Under the pieces are notes generated by a model, which saw nothing but the letters and a program-made list of their open reading frames with translations, had not been told where the DNA came from and did no database searches. Position numbers and translations under genes: made by a program. From the IMG/VR virus record IMGVR_UViG_3300039159_000198: 64,000 nt of DNA; one strand, written 5' to 3'. Source of the DNA: a virus. Its lineage: Duplodnaviria; Heunggongvirae; Uroviricota; Caudoviricetes. The first letter of the stretch is position 1; every line of letters starts with the position of its first letter. Positions 30,019-39,522 of this stretch are shown here, piece after piece.

Positions 30019-30798
30019 ATGGGCAGAAAAAAGAAAATATCTTTCAAGTTAAATCCCGAGTGGATGTTGAAAGAACCATTGGATTTTGAATATAATAAAT
30101 ACACCTTATTAGATTATATTCAAAAATGTGAAAAGGGTTTTGACAAGTTAGAGATTTATCCTGACTTTGTTGAAATTTCCTTACATTTGGCAAACTTACA
30201 ATCATTAGTTAAAGAAAATACATTATTATTAACAAATAAAAAATTTGAATCTTGTGATGATGAAATTTTGGTTAAAGAACTTACACCAAAAAAACCAAGA
30301 GACCTTACCAACGAGGAGGAAGAAGAATTAATTAAAACTTTAAAATTCTCCAACACTAGATTATTTGATACGTTTAATATTGCTAAATCAATTTGGAATT
30401 TGGCATATGATAATATTGACCTTTATATTAAAAAAAATAGAAAATCAATTGTTACAGGTAATGGTTATGTGTTCTATTATAATAAATCAAATGAGACATT
30501 ATTTGTTTGGGAATATGAGATTAAAAAATCTAAAGGGGATAACAGCAATTATAAAACTTATCTAAATTCCATTTACGATGGTTCATCTGAGGGTATATTA
30601 ATTCCTGAAATTATTGAAACTTTTTCAAATTGGAATCAAACAGAATATTTTAAGGAACTCCCAATATTTGAAATACAATCGTCACAAAACTTTCCAATGG
30701 AACAAACTTTTATTCCAATTATGAAAAGAAAAATTACTTCATATATTTTTCAAATTGCGAACTCAGAAAAGTTAAATAACTTTGACTTTGAGAATTAA
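30019..30798 (+). CDS. hypothetical protein
   Basis: 259-aa ORF. Confidence 0.75.
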   Translation: MGRKKKISFKLNPEWMLKEPLDFEYNKYTLLDYIQKCEKGFDKLEIYPDFVEISLHLANLQSLVKENTLLLTNKKFESCDDEILVKELTPKKPRDLTNEEEEELIKTLKFSNTRLFDTFNIAKSIWNLAYDNIDLYIKKNRKSIVTGNGYVFYYNKSNETLFVWEYEIKKSKGDNSNYKTYLNSIYDGSSEGILIPEIIETFSNWNQTEYFKELPIFEIQSSQNFPMEQTFIPIMKRKITSYIFQIANSEKLNNFDFEN

Positions 30799-30816
30799 TT
30801 TGTTTATAATTCTCAT

Positions 30817-31032
30817 GTGGGATTCAATAAAAGGTGCATATCGTTAAAATTGTCGTTAGTTGCTCTTAATAAGGGTAATCTAAAACTTTATTATGGAAAG
30901 GCGAATGCTTTAATATTTGAAGATGACCTAAGTGAGATTATCCACAACTTATACCTGTCCGGAACTCCCGAACAGGAAATACTAAACATTATTAATTTAA
31001 ACTTGGAGCAAAAACGCTATGAAATGTATTAA
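30817..31032 (+). CDS. hypothetical protein
   Basis: 71-aa ORF, GTG start. Confidence 0.55.
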   Translation: MGFNKRCISLKLSLVALNKGNLKLYYGKANALIFEDDLSEIIHNLYLSGTPEQEILNIINLNLEQKRYEMY

Positions 31033-31249
31033 AACAATTAAGAAAACCGGTTCAAGAGAGATTGGAGAAATCATTAGAACTGAAGACAGAGATGCCGAAA
31101 TTAAAGTATCAACAGGTATTTGGAATTACTGTCCTAAAAATGAATGGAAATCATTAACAAGAAGAGTTAAACCCACGGTAAAAAAAGAAACTGAAGAAAG
31201 TTCAGAGGATAAAGTTATTACCAAGAGAGGTAAAAATAGTATTCAGTAA
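31019..31249 (+). CDS. hypothetical protein
   Basis: 76-aa ORF. Confidence 0.65.
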   Translation: MKCIKTIKKTGSREIGEIIRTEDRDAEIKVSTGIWNYCPKNEWKSLTRRVKPTVKKETEESSEDKVITKRGKNSIQ

Positions 31250-31254
31250 TCGTT

Positions 31255-31470
31255 ATGGAAATGGTAAACAACCCCGGACATTATGGGGGAGCTTCAAATC
31301 CATATGAAGCGATTAAGGTAATTGAAAATTGGCAATTGGATTTCCACTTGGGGAATACGGTTAAGTATATCTCAAGGGCTGGTAAAAAAGACCCAACTAA
31401 AGAAATTGAGGATTTGAAAAAGGCTATGTTTTATTTAGATAGAAAAATACAAAATTTAGAAAATAAATGA
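31255..31470 (+). CDS. DUF3310-like protein
   Basis: VNNPGHY...GNTVKYISRAGKK...EDLKKAMFYL. Confidence 0.8.
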   Translation: MEMVNNPGHYGGASNPYEAIKVIENWQLDFHLGNTVKYISRAGKKDPTKEIEDLKKAMFYLDRKIQNLENK

Positions 31471-31913
31471 TATATTATTTAATCGGACAGCCTCATGCGG
31501 GCAAGACCACATTGTCCAAGTTATTAAAACAACATTTGTATCCTCAAAATATTATGCAAATCGATGGGGATGACCTCAGAGATATTTTTCAAAATAAAGA
31601 TTACTCGGAGGAAGGTCGTAGGAATAATATTAGACGGGCTCAGGATATTGCGATGTTTCTTAATGTTAAAGGTACTAATGTAATTATGTCTTTGGTTTCA
31701 CCTTATAAAGATTTAAGGGATGAGTTAAAGGAAAAGAGTGATGTAGTTGAAGTTTATGTTCACACTAGTGATGTTAGAGGTAGAGAAGGGTTTCATGTTG
31801 AAAATTATGAAAAACCAACAGAAAATTATATAGATATTGATACAACAAATGTGTCTGAGTTTATTAGTCTTGGTGAGTTGGTAAATAAAATTAATGAATA
31901 TGGAAACACCTAA
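31467..31913 (+). CDS. cysC: adenylyl-sulfate (APS) kinase-like P-loop kinase
   Basis: GQPHAGKTT, IDGDDLR, DYSEEGRRNNI, SLVSPY, YEKP. Confidence 0.8.
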   Translation: MIYYLIGQPHAGKTTLSKLLKQHLYPQNIMQIDGDDLRDIFQNKDYSEEGRRNNIRRAQDIAMFLNVKGTNVIMSLVSPYKDLRDELKEKSDVVEVYVHTSDVRGREGFHVENYEKPTENYIDIDTTNVSEFISLGELVNKINEYGNT

Positions 31914-32097
31914 GATAGAATATTATTTGGCTTATTATATTAATTATGGAGATTTTAATGAACACGGGGATATGGAAACTAAGTTAGAGTGTGTTCCAAT
32001 TCCAATTAGATTGAAAGAGAAGTATTTAGAGAAATTCAATGATAAACCACAACAAAATAAAGAAAAAATCTTTAAATTTTTAGAAGAAAATGAGTAA
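31894..32097 (+). CDS. hypothetical protein
   Basis: 67-aa overlapping ORF. Confidence 0.55.
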   Translation: MNMETPKIEYYLAYYINYGDFNEHGDMETKLECVPIPIRLKEKYLEKFNDKPQQNKEKIFKFLEENE

Positions 32098-32500
32098 TTG
32101 GGAAAGAAAAACACACGTACAGGCGGCGTTCGCCTCATCAACATCAAATAAGAAGTATTCAATGTTTGTGGGTAGATGGCAACCATGGCATCACGGACAT
32201 AGAGCGTTAATTGACCAACAATTAGATAGAGGTAAAAACATATTACTTTGTGTTAGAGATGTTGAGATTGATGATAAGAATCCATTTTCAACGGAATGGG
32301 TTGTTGAGAACTTAAACAAAGAATTAAAGGAACTAATAGATGAAAGGAGATTAGTGATTCAAGTTATTCCGGATATTGAGAGTGTTAATATTGGTAGAGG
32401 TGTTGGTTATGATGTTTATGAACATTTTCCTCCTGATGAAATTAAAAACATTTCAGCCACTAAGATTAGAGAACAAATGAGAAGTGAGGGTAAACTATAA
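32090..32500 (+). CDS. HxGH-class nucleotidyltransferase (cytidyltransferase/NMNAT/ATP-sulfurylase-like)
   Basis: FVGRWQPWHHGH and ISATKIR. Confidence 0.8.
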   Translation: MSNWERKTHVQAAFASSTSNKKYSMFVGRWQPWHHGHRALIDQQLDRGKNILLCVRDVEIDDKNPFSTEWVVENLNKELKELIDERRLVIQVIPDIESVNIGRGVGYDVYEHFPPDEIKNISATKIREQMRSEGKL

Positions 32501-32502
32501 TT

Positions 32503-32802
32503 ATGAGATTTACAGTTGATATTGATGAATACGCGGAAGGAGCAATCCTATTAGACGGATTAGAAGAGGCTATTGTCGGAATTGTGGAAGAGTTTGGTAA
32601 TGGTAATAGGATTCTTTATTCCAAACCAAAAATACTTCAAATTTTACAGGAAAGAGACCTGATGACTCATTCTGAGGCTGAAGAGTTTTATTATTACAAT
32701 ATTATTGGATTATATGCTAGTGAGCAAAATGCGGTGTTTTTGGATTTAGAAATCATACCAATAAAAAAAGAAAATGGGTGGGAATACCAATTAAAAGAAT
32801 AA
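32503..32802 (+). CDS. hypothetical protein
   Basis: 99-aa ORF. Confidence 0.7.
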   Translation: MRFTVDIDEYAEGAILLDGLEEAIVGIVEEFGNGNRILYSKPKILQILQERDLMTHSEAEEFYYYNIIGLYASEQNAVFLDLEIIPIKKENGWEYQLKE

Positions 32803-32803
32803 G

Positions 32804-34714
32804 ATGATAGAAACAGGAAAAATAATAAATGGGGACTGTGTTGAGGTTATGAAAACATTACCTGAAGGTTGTATCGACCTTTTGTGTACGTCACCGCCAT
32901 ATTCAGTTAACGTCAAATATGATGTTTATGATGATACAATACCTATGGATGAGTATTGGAAATTTACAACAGATTGGTTATCGGAGGCGTTTAGAGTTTT
33001 AAAAGACGATGGTAGGATTGCGGTTAATGTTCCTATTGAGACTAATGTTCAAGAACGAGGTGGAAGAATACTATTCAATGCTGAGTTTTGGATGAGAATG
33101 AAGGAAGTTGGATTCCAATTTTTTGGAATGGTTGATTTATCTGAAGATTCTCCACATAGGGTTAGACAAACCGCGTGGGGTTGTTACGATAATGAGACTA
33201 AAGTTATGACAAATAATGGACTTAAATTTTTTAAAGATGTTGATATTGAAACAGATTTGTTTATGACTTTAAACCCCATAACAAAAGAAATTGAATATCA
33301 AAAAGCCTTTGATTATATTGAAAAACCATTTAAGGGTAAGTTGGTAAATATTAAATCTCGCTCTATTAATCTTACGATAACTGAAAACCATAATATGGTT
33401 AGAATTAATAATTCTGAGATAGATATTATACCGTTTAATGAAATAAAACAAGAAACTTTTACTATACCTAGAAAACATAATGGGTTGAAAAATTATGTGG
33501 ATGTGGAAACAATTGTTATACCCCCTGTTGAATATGGGTTGAGAACTAAAAAAATATATAGAAATGAAAATTCATTAATTGTTGATACTGATGATTGGTT
33601 GAGATTTTTGGGGATTTTTTTAACAGATGGTTCATTAACATATGACGTTAAACGAGGTATATATAAAATTTCTATTTATCAAACAAAAACAAATTTTTTA
33701 AAAGAAATTGAAGATTTATTAGAAAGATTACCATTTAATTTTGAATATAAAAAACAAAAAAACGAATATTATTGTTGTTCAAAACAATTAGCGTCATTTT
33801 TACTTGACACTAAAAGTAAAAATTTAAGAACAATACCTGATTATGTTTTTAGTATGTCTAAAAGACAAAAAGAAATATTATTATTATGGTTATTTTATGG
33901 TGATGGTTCTTTTACAAAAAATAATGAATTGTGGAAAATTTCTGTATGTAGTGAAATAATGAAAGACCAAATTATTAGATTATTATTTGAGTCGGGAAGA
34001 ATTTGTTCATTGTATAGTTACTATCCAAAAGATAGGGTTTGGAATGGTAAATTGATTAAATCTAATTATCCAATGACGACTATACAAGTTCTTAATAAAG
34101 AACAAACATATGTGAAGAAAAAAAATATTACAATGGTTGATTATGATGATAAAGTTTATTGTGTGTCAGTACCAAATAAAACATTATTAGTTGAAAAATC
34201 CGGTCAATTAGTTTGGTGCGGTAATTCATGGATGAGTGCTTCCAGTCCTTACATCTATAATCCAAAAGAATGTGTGATACTTGCTTATAAGAAATCTAAA
34301 AAGAAATTAGAAAAAGGTGAGTCTCAATGGTTCGGTACACCAACTAAAATAGTTTTAGAAGATGGGACTTTAAAGAATAAAGTGGTTTATGAGGATGAAG
34401 ATAAGAAAGACTTTATGAATTTGGTGTTTGGTAGATGGGATTATTTTGCGGATACTAAATCATTAACTAAAGCCACGTTTAGTATGGATATACCAACTAA
34501 GGCAATTAAGATTTTATCATATAAAAATGATATTGTTCTTGACCCATTCAATGGGTCGGGAACTAGTTGTTTGGCTGCTGAGATACTTGGAAGAAAGTGG
34601 ATAGGGATAGAATTGAGTGAAGAGTATAGTAAAATTGCTAGAAATAGAATTTTAGAATATCAAGTTAAAACAACCCAAACAGAATTAGAGTTTAAAGAGA
34701 ATTATAAGTTATAG
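32804..34714 (+). CDS. DNA methyltransferase (N4-C/N6-A, beta class) containing an intein
   Basis: TSPPY and DPFNGSGT exteins flank a 348-aa intein. Confidence 0.92.
   Translation: MIETGKIINGDCVEVMKTLPEGCIDLLCTSPPYSVNVKYDVYDDTIPMDEYWKFTTDWLSEAFRVLKDDGRIAVNVPIETNVQERGGRILFNAEFWMRMKEVGFQFFGMVDLSEDSPHRVRQTAWGCYDNETKVMTNNGLKFFKDVDIETDLFMTLNPITKEIEYQKAFDYIEKPFKGKLVNIKSRSINLTITENHNMVRINNSEIDIIPFNEIKQETFTIPRKHNGLKNYVDVETIVIPPVEYGLRTKKIYRNENSLIVDTDDWLRFLGIFLTDGSLTYDVKRGIYKISIYQTKTNFLKEIEDLLERLPFNFEYKKQKNEYYCCSKQLASFLLDTKSKNLRTIPDYVFSMSKRQKEILLLWLFYGDGSFTKNNELWKISVCSEIMKDQIIRLLFESGRICSLYSYYPKDRVWNGKLIKSNYPMTTIQVLNKEQTYVKKKNITMVDYDDKVYCVSVPNKTLLVEKSGQLVWCGNSWMSASSPYIYNPKECVILAYKKSKKKLEKGESQWFGTPTKIVLEDGTLKNKVVYEDEDKKDFMNLVFGRWDYFADTKSLTKATFSMDIPTKAIKILSYKNDIVLDPFNGSGTSCLAAEILGRKWIGIELSEEYSKIARNRILEYQVKTTQTELEFKENYKL
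33182..34225 (+). mobile_element. intein with LAGLIDADG endonuclease (348 aa)
   Basis: Starts CYDNETKVMT; TENH block B; GIFLTDGS and LFYGDGS LAGLIDADG motifs; ends VYCVSVPNKT...WCGN with +1 Ser. Confidence 0.92.
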
Positions 34715-34781
34715 TCTATTTTTTTTATAAAAAGGAGCGTAAAACCCATCCATCGTTTTTACGTGGATGGGATGTAAGCGA

Positions 34782-35196
34782 CTAACCCTGATTAAGGATA
34801 TACTCACGAATAGTATCAGGTGATGCCTCACCTATTGAACAAACGAAATACCCATCACTCCAAAACATATCTTTGTACCAATATTCTTTACGAAGTGATG
34901 TAGAATGTAACAACCATATTTGACGAGTAGATTCTTGTTTTAACCTACGAACTAATTGTGAAACAGACAAACGAGGGATGTATCGAATTAAGAAATGGAT
35001 ATGGTCAATATCAGACTCCATTACCTCAATTTCAAAATCCGAATTATCAGCTATTGATTGAAATATTTGTTTAATATCATTATTTAATTGACCTATAAGT
35101 AACTTTTTACGATACTTACAAACAAAGATTAAATGACATTTTAAGTAGTGTTTAGAGCGATTTGTGCTGATGTAATTAGATTTTTTTTAAAATCAC
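34782..35196 (-). CDS. tnpA: IS200/IS605 Y1 transposase TnpA (apparent frameshift near the start)
   Basis: CHLIFVCKYRK, DHIHFL (HuH), FWSDGYFVCSIG, IREYI; the homopolymer at 35181-35188 breaks the GTG start frame. Confidence 0.9.
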
Positions 35197-35240
35197 GATA
35201 ATATTTGTATCTTTGTAGAAAATAAAACTATTTATAATAG

Positions 35241-36068
35241 ATGTCTAAAAATACAAATAAATGGATTGGTAGAAGATTTGGCAGACTAACTGTTGTTAGT
35301 TGTGATGAAACTATACCACCAAAGTACTATGTTTATTTCAATTGTGTATGCGATTGTGGTAATGAGATTAACCTAAATAAAGATGTTGTTTTATCAAAAA
35401 ATAGAAACAGTGAAAATATTTCTTGTGGTTGTTCTCACAATACAAGAGGTGTTTTAAATAATGGTAAATTTAGAAATGAAAATGCTAAGAATAAAATAGG
35501 TGAAATACATAATAGTCTAACTATCGTTGATATAAAACACAATAATAATCGTGGGTATAAAATGGTTTGCAAATGTGATTGTGGTAATATTACTGAACAA
35601 TTTTATGCTGACATGAAAAATGGTAAAGTAATTAGTTGTGGTTGTTATGGAAAAGAACAACAAAGTATTAATGGGAGTAAAGTTGGGTTAAATAATTCAA
35701 CTAAGCAATGTTCTAAATATAGTTGGCATTATATCAAAAATGGTTGTATAATCAATATGAGGTCTGGATATGAAGTTATGTTTGCAGAAGTACTTACTAA
35801 AGAACAAATTGAATGGGAATACGAACCAAAATGTTTTAAATTAGAAAATGGTAAGAGATACACTCCAGATTTCTATATCACCAAACAAAATAAATGGATT
35901 GATACAAAAGGAAGATATAAAGAAAGTTCCAAATTAAAAATAAAAGAGTTTGAATTACTTGGTAATATAATTGATGTGGTTTTTATAAAAGAGATTGAAG
36001 ATAGACTTGGAATGTCTTATTACAAATTTAAAAGAAATTGGGTTAGTAAAAATAATATAAGAATATGA
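35241..36068 (+). CDS. CxCDCG-repeat PD-(D/E)XK endonuclease (homing-endonuclease-like)
   Basis: CVCDCGN, CKCDCGN, ISCGC; MRSGYE, EWEYEP, YTPDFYI, WIDTKG. Confidence 0.8.
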   Translation: MSKNTNKWIGRRFGRLTVVSCDETIPPKYYVYFNCVCDCGNEINLNKDVVLSKNRNSENISCGCSHNTRGVLNNGKFRNENAKNKIGEIHNSLTIVDIKHNNNRGYKMVCKCDCGNITEQFYADMKNGKVISCGCYGKEQQSINGSKVGLNNSTKQCSKYSWHYIKNGCIINMRSGYEVMFAEVLTKEQIEWEYEPKCFKLENGKRYTPDFYITKQNKWIDTKGRYKESSKLKIKEFELLGNIIDVVFIKEIEDRLGMSYYKFKRNWVSKNNIRI

Positions 36069-36391
36069 TGAAGAATCATAAGTTGGCACAAGCATTTTCT
36101 GATGTTTCGTTGGGTACTTTTTACACAATGCTTGAATATAAAGATAATTGGAACGATAAAGTAGTTGTTAAAATTGACAGATTCTTTCCGAGCAGCAAAA
36201 ACTGCAACGTGTGTAATTACATTAACCAAGACCTAACTCTAAAAGATAGAGAATGGACTTGTCCAAGTTGTAATACAATACACGACAGAGATTTTAACGC
36301 AAGTATTAATATTAAAAAACAAGGTTTAAAAATACTATCTGGTTCAGGAACTGACTCGGATATAAAAATAGCCTTAAACAGTTTGGTATAA
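36065..36391 (+). pseudogene. tnpB: TnpB C-terminal fragment (zinc finger plus RuvC-III)
   Basis: MMKNHKLA, FPSSKNCNVC, WTCPSC...HDRDFNASINI; starts just after where the RuvC-II EDL motif would lie. Confidence 0.9.
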
Positions 36392-36420
36392 TTTTTGTAT
36401 ATTTGCAATAAAAAGAAACG

Positions 36421-37157
36421 ATGATAATATACAAAGCAACAAATAAAAAAAACGGTAAAATATATATATAGGTAAAACTATGAATAGTTTACGCCAAAGA
36501 ATGTCAGAACATAAAAGACATTCTAAAAATAGCGTTATGGTTTTTCATAAAGCTATACGAAAATATGGTTTTGACAAATTTGAATTTGTTGTTTTGTTTG
36601 AGTGAAATGATGCAAAAGTTCTTTTCGATAAAGAGATTAAATTAATTGAACAATTTGATTCTACAAATAAAAGAATTGGCTATAACATATCTAAAGGTGG
36701 TGATGGTGCAGATGCAGGAGAAAACCATCCATTGTTTGGTAAAAAAAGACCAGAGTTTTCTGAAAGTATTTATGGTGAAAACCATCCTAATTTTGGAAAT
36801 ATTGGTATGTTATCCCCAAGATATGGCGAAAAACATACTATTGAAACCAAAAAGAAAATATCTAATTCTTTAATTGGAAACAAAAGAGGTGTGGATGAAA
36901 CACTATATGAATTTGAACATTTGGAATACGGTAAAGTAATTTCTACTAAATATGAAATGAAGAAAAAATACAACCTTGAAGGTAAGTGCATCGCTCTATT
37001 ATGTAGGGGTGAAAGAAATACTCATAAAGGTTGGAAAATGATATGTTGTGTGTCAGGGACTGATTCGCAACTCAAACAAAAACGGAGTAAGGCGTTGCCA
37101 TTAGGTGAGTCTATGACCTCCGAAGCCCATCCCATCGCCTTTGGCGTGGGTGGGTAG
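36421..37157 (+). pseudogene. GIY-YIG/NUMOD3 endonuclease with a +2 slip and an in-frame TGA, fused to the TnpB tail
   Basis: IIYKATN..NGKIYI/GKT; extra TA in (TA)n ~36461-36470; TGA 36603-36605; GENHP.FG repeats; ends SGTDSQLKQKRSKALPLGESMTSEAHPIA. Confidence 0.8.
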
Positions 37158-37162
37158 TTCAC
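37053..37162 (+). ncRNA. IS200/IS605 right end / TnpB omegaRNA scaffold remnant
   Basis: TnpB-tail sequence followed by the terminal hairpin and GTAGTTCAC end. Confidence 0.55.
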
Positions 37163-37168
37163 CAGTAT

Positions 37169-37636
37169 ATGTTAAAAACAGGGTTAAAACCTGAGTTAAA
37201 GAAAATAACAGAGTATATCTCTAATGATGATGAGATAAAGAAAGAAAATGAAACTTTAAATCAATATTTGGATAAGGGGTGGGAAACCTTAAATAAAAAG
37301 AAAACAGGTAATTTAGGTGGGAACTTGCAAAAATGGTCTAAAGAAGAGGTTATTAATATTGATAAGAAATATGGTAAATTAAAAGACTTCAAAAATAATG
37401 AGCCAAGAGCATGGGAAGCAGCATTTAGAAATGGATGGTATGACGAAGTTGTTAAGGATTTAGAGAAGACCATAAAGGTAAAAAAATACACTCAAAAAAT
37501 TCTTAAGTCTATTATTGATAAATACAAAACTTTGTCAGACTTCAGAAGTCAAGAACCTAGCGCATATAAATCAGTAATAAAATATAAATGGCAACATCTG
37601 TTGGATGATTTAGTTAGAAAGAATCGACGATTATAA
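37169..37636 (+). pseudogene. N-terminally truncated GIY-YIG-type endonuclease fragment
   Basis: KGWETLN...GG end of catalytic domain plus two K.Y..L.DF...EP.A repeats; begins at the IS right end. Confidence 0.55.
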
Positions 37637-37653
37637 TAATACGTTTAGAATAG

Positions 37654-37679
37654 AAAAGGGTCTCACGACCTTTTTTTTT
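37654..37679 (+). terminator. intrinsic terminator
   Basis: GGTC/GACC stem with flanking A- and T-runs. Confidence 0.6.
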
Positions 37680-37710
37680 GTTTATGATGATATTTATAAA
37701 TAAAACTTAA

Positions 37711-38781
37711 ATGAAGAATATCGTTATAACGGAAACTCAATTTAAAAATATTAAAAACCAATATATTATTTCTCCAAAAACCTATGGTAACAAGACATCA
37801 ATTAATGAGGCTTGGTATAATAATGTTATGGATGTTGTGGGTATAGTTGACCCAACACCTATTACCGATACAGTTAATGCTATTTCTTATTTTTCCCAAG
37901 GTGAAAATCTTTTTGGGGTTTTGACTTTAGTTGCTGCATTACCTTTTTATGTTGGAGATATAATAACAAAACCTGTTGTTGGAGCTTTAAAAATAGGTTC
38001 AAAATCTGCTAAGGAATTAGAGATGGCACTTAAATTGGCTAAAACAGATTCAAAAGCTGCTGGTGAAATTATTGGAAGATTAGCGAAAGACCCGGGACCT
38101 ATTGGTACATTTTTACAAAAAGCGGGTGGACCAACAGGATGGGCAGAAAAAGTTGCGGGATTTTTAAAAGAATTCCCTGCAGGTCCTTTTAAGGGTTTGA
38201 GAAATACCATTACGGATTATTTCACATTATTAGGAAGAGCGGGAACTAAAAGTAAAACATTTTCAGGGTTAGCTAAAACTTTGGAAGCGGAACTAAAAGC
38301 GGGTAAAGCTGGTGTTAAAAGTATTGAAAGTCTTAAAACTTTATTAAAAACTGATAAAGTTTTTAATGTTGCAGCATTAAGTAAACCGGGATTTATGAGT
38401 CAAACATTTTTTGGTGGACTTCCAAGATTATTTAGAAGTACTGAGGGAAGAAGAATTAAGATGATGATGCAACAAACTAAATGGTGGTTAGGGTTTTTAG
38501 ATTACATAGGTGTTGGAAATTGGGTTGGAGTCGACGAGGTTGTTAAACAATTAGGTGGTGAAGCTCAGATGACTAAATCAATGGAGGATTATCAAAAAAC
38601 TCCGGAATCAAAACAATATTTTGGAGAGTCTTTTGACAATAAAGAACAACCACAACCAGTATCAAATACTAATAATAATAAAACAACAAATAATTCAAGT
38701 AGTGAAGTTCAACTTGACCCATTTGCGAAAATGTTGAGAAATCTTCTTACCGGAACATTAAACCCCATACCGGGAATATAA
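37711..38781 (+). CDS. putative late protein with a pre-toxin-TG-like segment
   Basis: DVVGIVDPTPITDTVNAISYFSQGENLFGVLTLVAALP; TATTTATA at 37691. Confidence 0.7.
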   Translation: MKNIVITETQFKNIKNQYIISPKTYGNKTSINEAWYNNVMDVVGIVDPTPITDTVNAISYFSQGENLFGVLTLVAALPFYVGDIITKPVVGALKIGSKSAKELEMALKLAKTDSKAAGEIIGRLAKDPGPIGTFLQKAGGPTGWAEKVAGFLKEFPAGPFKGLRNTITDYFTLLGRAGTKSKTFSGLAKTLEAELKAGKAGVKSIESLKTLLKTDKVFNVAALSKPGFMSQTFFGGLPRLFRSTEGRRIKMMMQQTKWWLGFLDYIGVGNWVGVDEVVKQLGGEAQMTKSMEDYQKTPESKQYFGESFDNKEQPQPVSNTNNNKTTNNSSSEVQLDPFAKMLRNLLTGTLNPIPGI

Positions 38782-38798
38782 TAAATTAAAATAATATA

Positions 38799-39146
38799 AT
38801 GTCAAAAATAATAAGATTAACAGAATCAGACTTAACTAGAATAGTTAAAAGAGTTATTGAAGAACAAATGAATAAACAAACACCAATTGATATTCAAATG
38901 ACAAAAATTAAACCTGAGATGGGTGGTAAATATTGTTTTGGGAATCCTCAAAGATTAAAAATGGATGTTGGAAATAATGTTGTTTTAATTAAAGTTAAAT
39001 CAGGTGACACGTTAAGTGGTATTGCTTCAAAATACCCGGGAGTTAGTAGTGTTGATGAAATAATTACAACGAATAAAGGATGTGCTTTAACTAAAGGTTT
39101 AAGAGGTGGTGATGTGCTAGCAATTACTTTAGTTCCGTCAATGTAA
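38799..39146 (+). CDS. LysM-domain protein with an LTESDL N-terminal motif
   Basis: VKSGDTLSGIASKY LysM-like; MSKIIRLTESDLTRIVKRVI. Confidence 0.75.
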   Translation: MSKIIRLTESDLTRIVKRVIEEQMNKQTPIDIQMTKIKPEMGGKYCFGNPQRLKMDVGNNVVLIKVKSGDTLSGIASKYPGVSSVDEIITTNKGCALTKGLRGGDVLAITLVPSM

Positions 39147-39147
39147 T

Positions 39148-39522
39148 ATGATTATTAATATTTGGAGACCAATTTATAGAACTGTTAATGGTATTAAAAA
39201 TATTTATCAATATGACCTTATTGATGATATCTCACTATTAAAAAAAGGGTGTAAAGTTTCTTATTTGTGTGATAGGTGTAAATCGAATGAAATTAAATTT
39301 ACAACGAGTACAGTTTTAATTAATCCTAATATTGTTTATAATGATTTTGAAAAACAAACTTGTAGAAGTTGTAGAAGTCAAATATCTGAATACGAAATGT
39401 TTTTACAAGGTATAATACCTTCAATCATTGGTGGGGTTGATAATTTAGAGATACTCAGTAGTTATGAGAATAATAGTAAGGGGAGAAAATGTTCTTTATC
39501 GTTAGAAGAAATATTAAAATAG
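39148..39522 (+). pseudogene. internally deleted HNH-type endonuclease remnant
   Basis: CDRC/CRSC and a C-terminal IPSIIGGVDNLEIL..EN.SKG tail, but no HH core. Confidence 0.5.

Larger units (their letters stand above)
34730..37162. mobile_element. IS200/IS605-family element (tnpA divergent from a remodelled tnpB), carrying two extra nucleases
   Basis: Related subterminal hairpins CCCATCCATCG..GTGGATGGG (34745-34771) and CCCATCCCATCG..GTGGGTGGG (37126-37154); right end GTAGTTCAC; the left boundary is approximate. Confidence 0.85.

Noticed and set aside
36065-36391. Active RNA-guided TnpB nuclease
   Set aside because: It lacks the N-terminal wedge/REC region, RuvC-I Asp and RuvC-II Glu, so it cannot be an intact nuclease.
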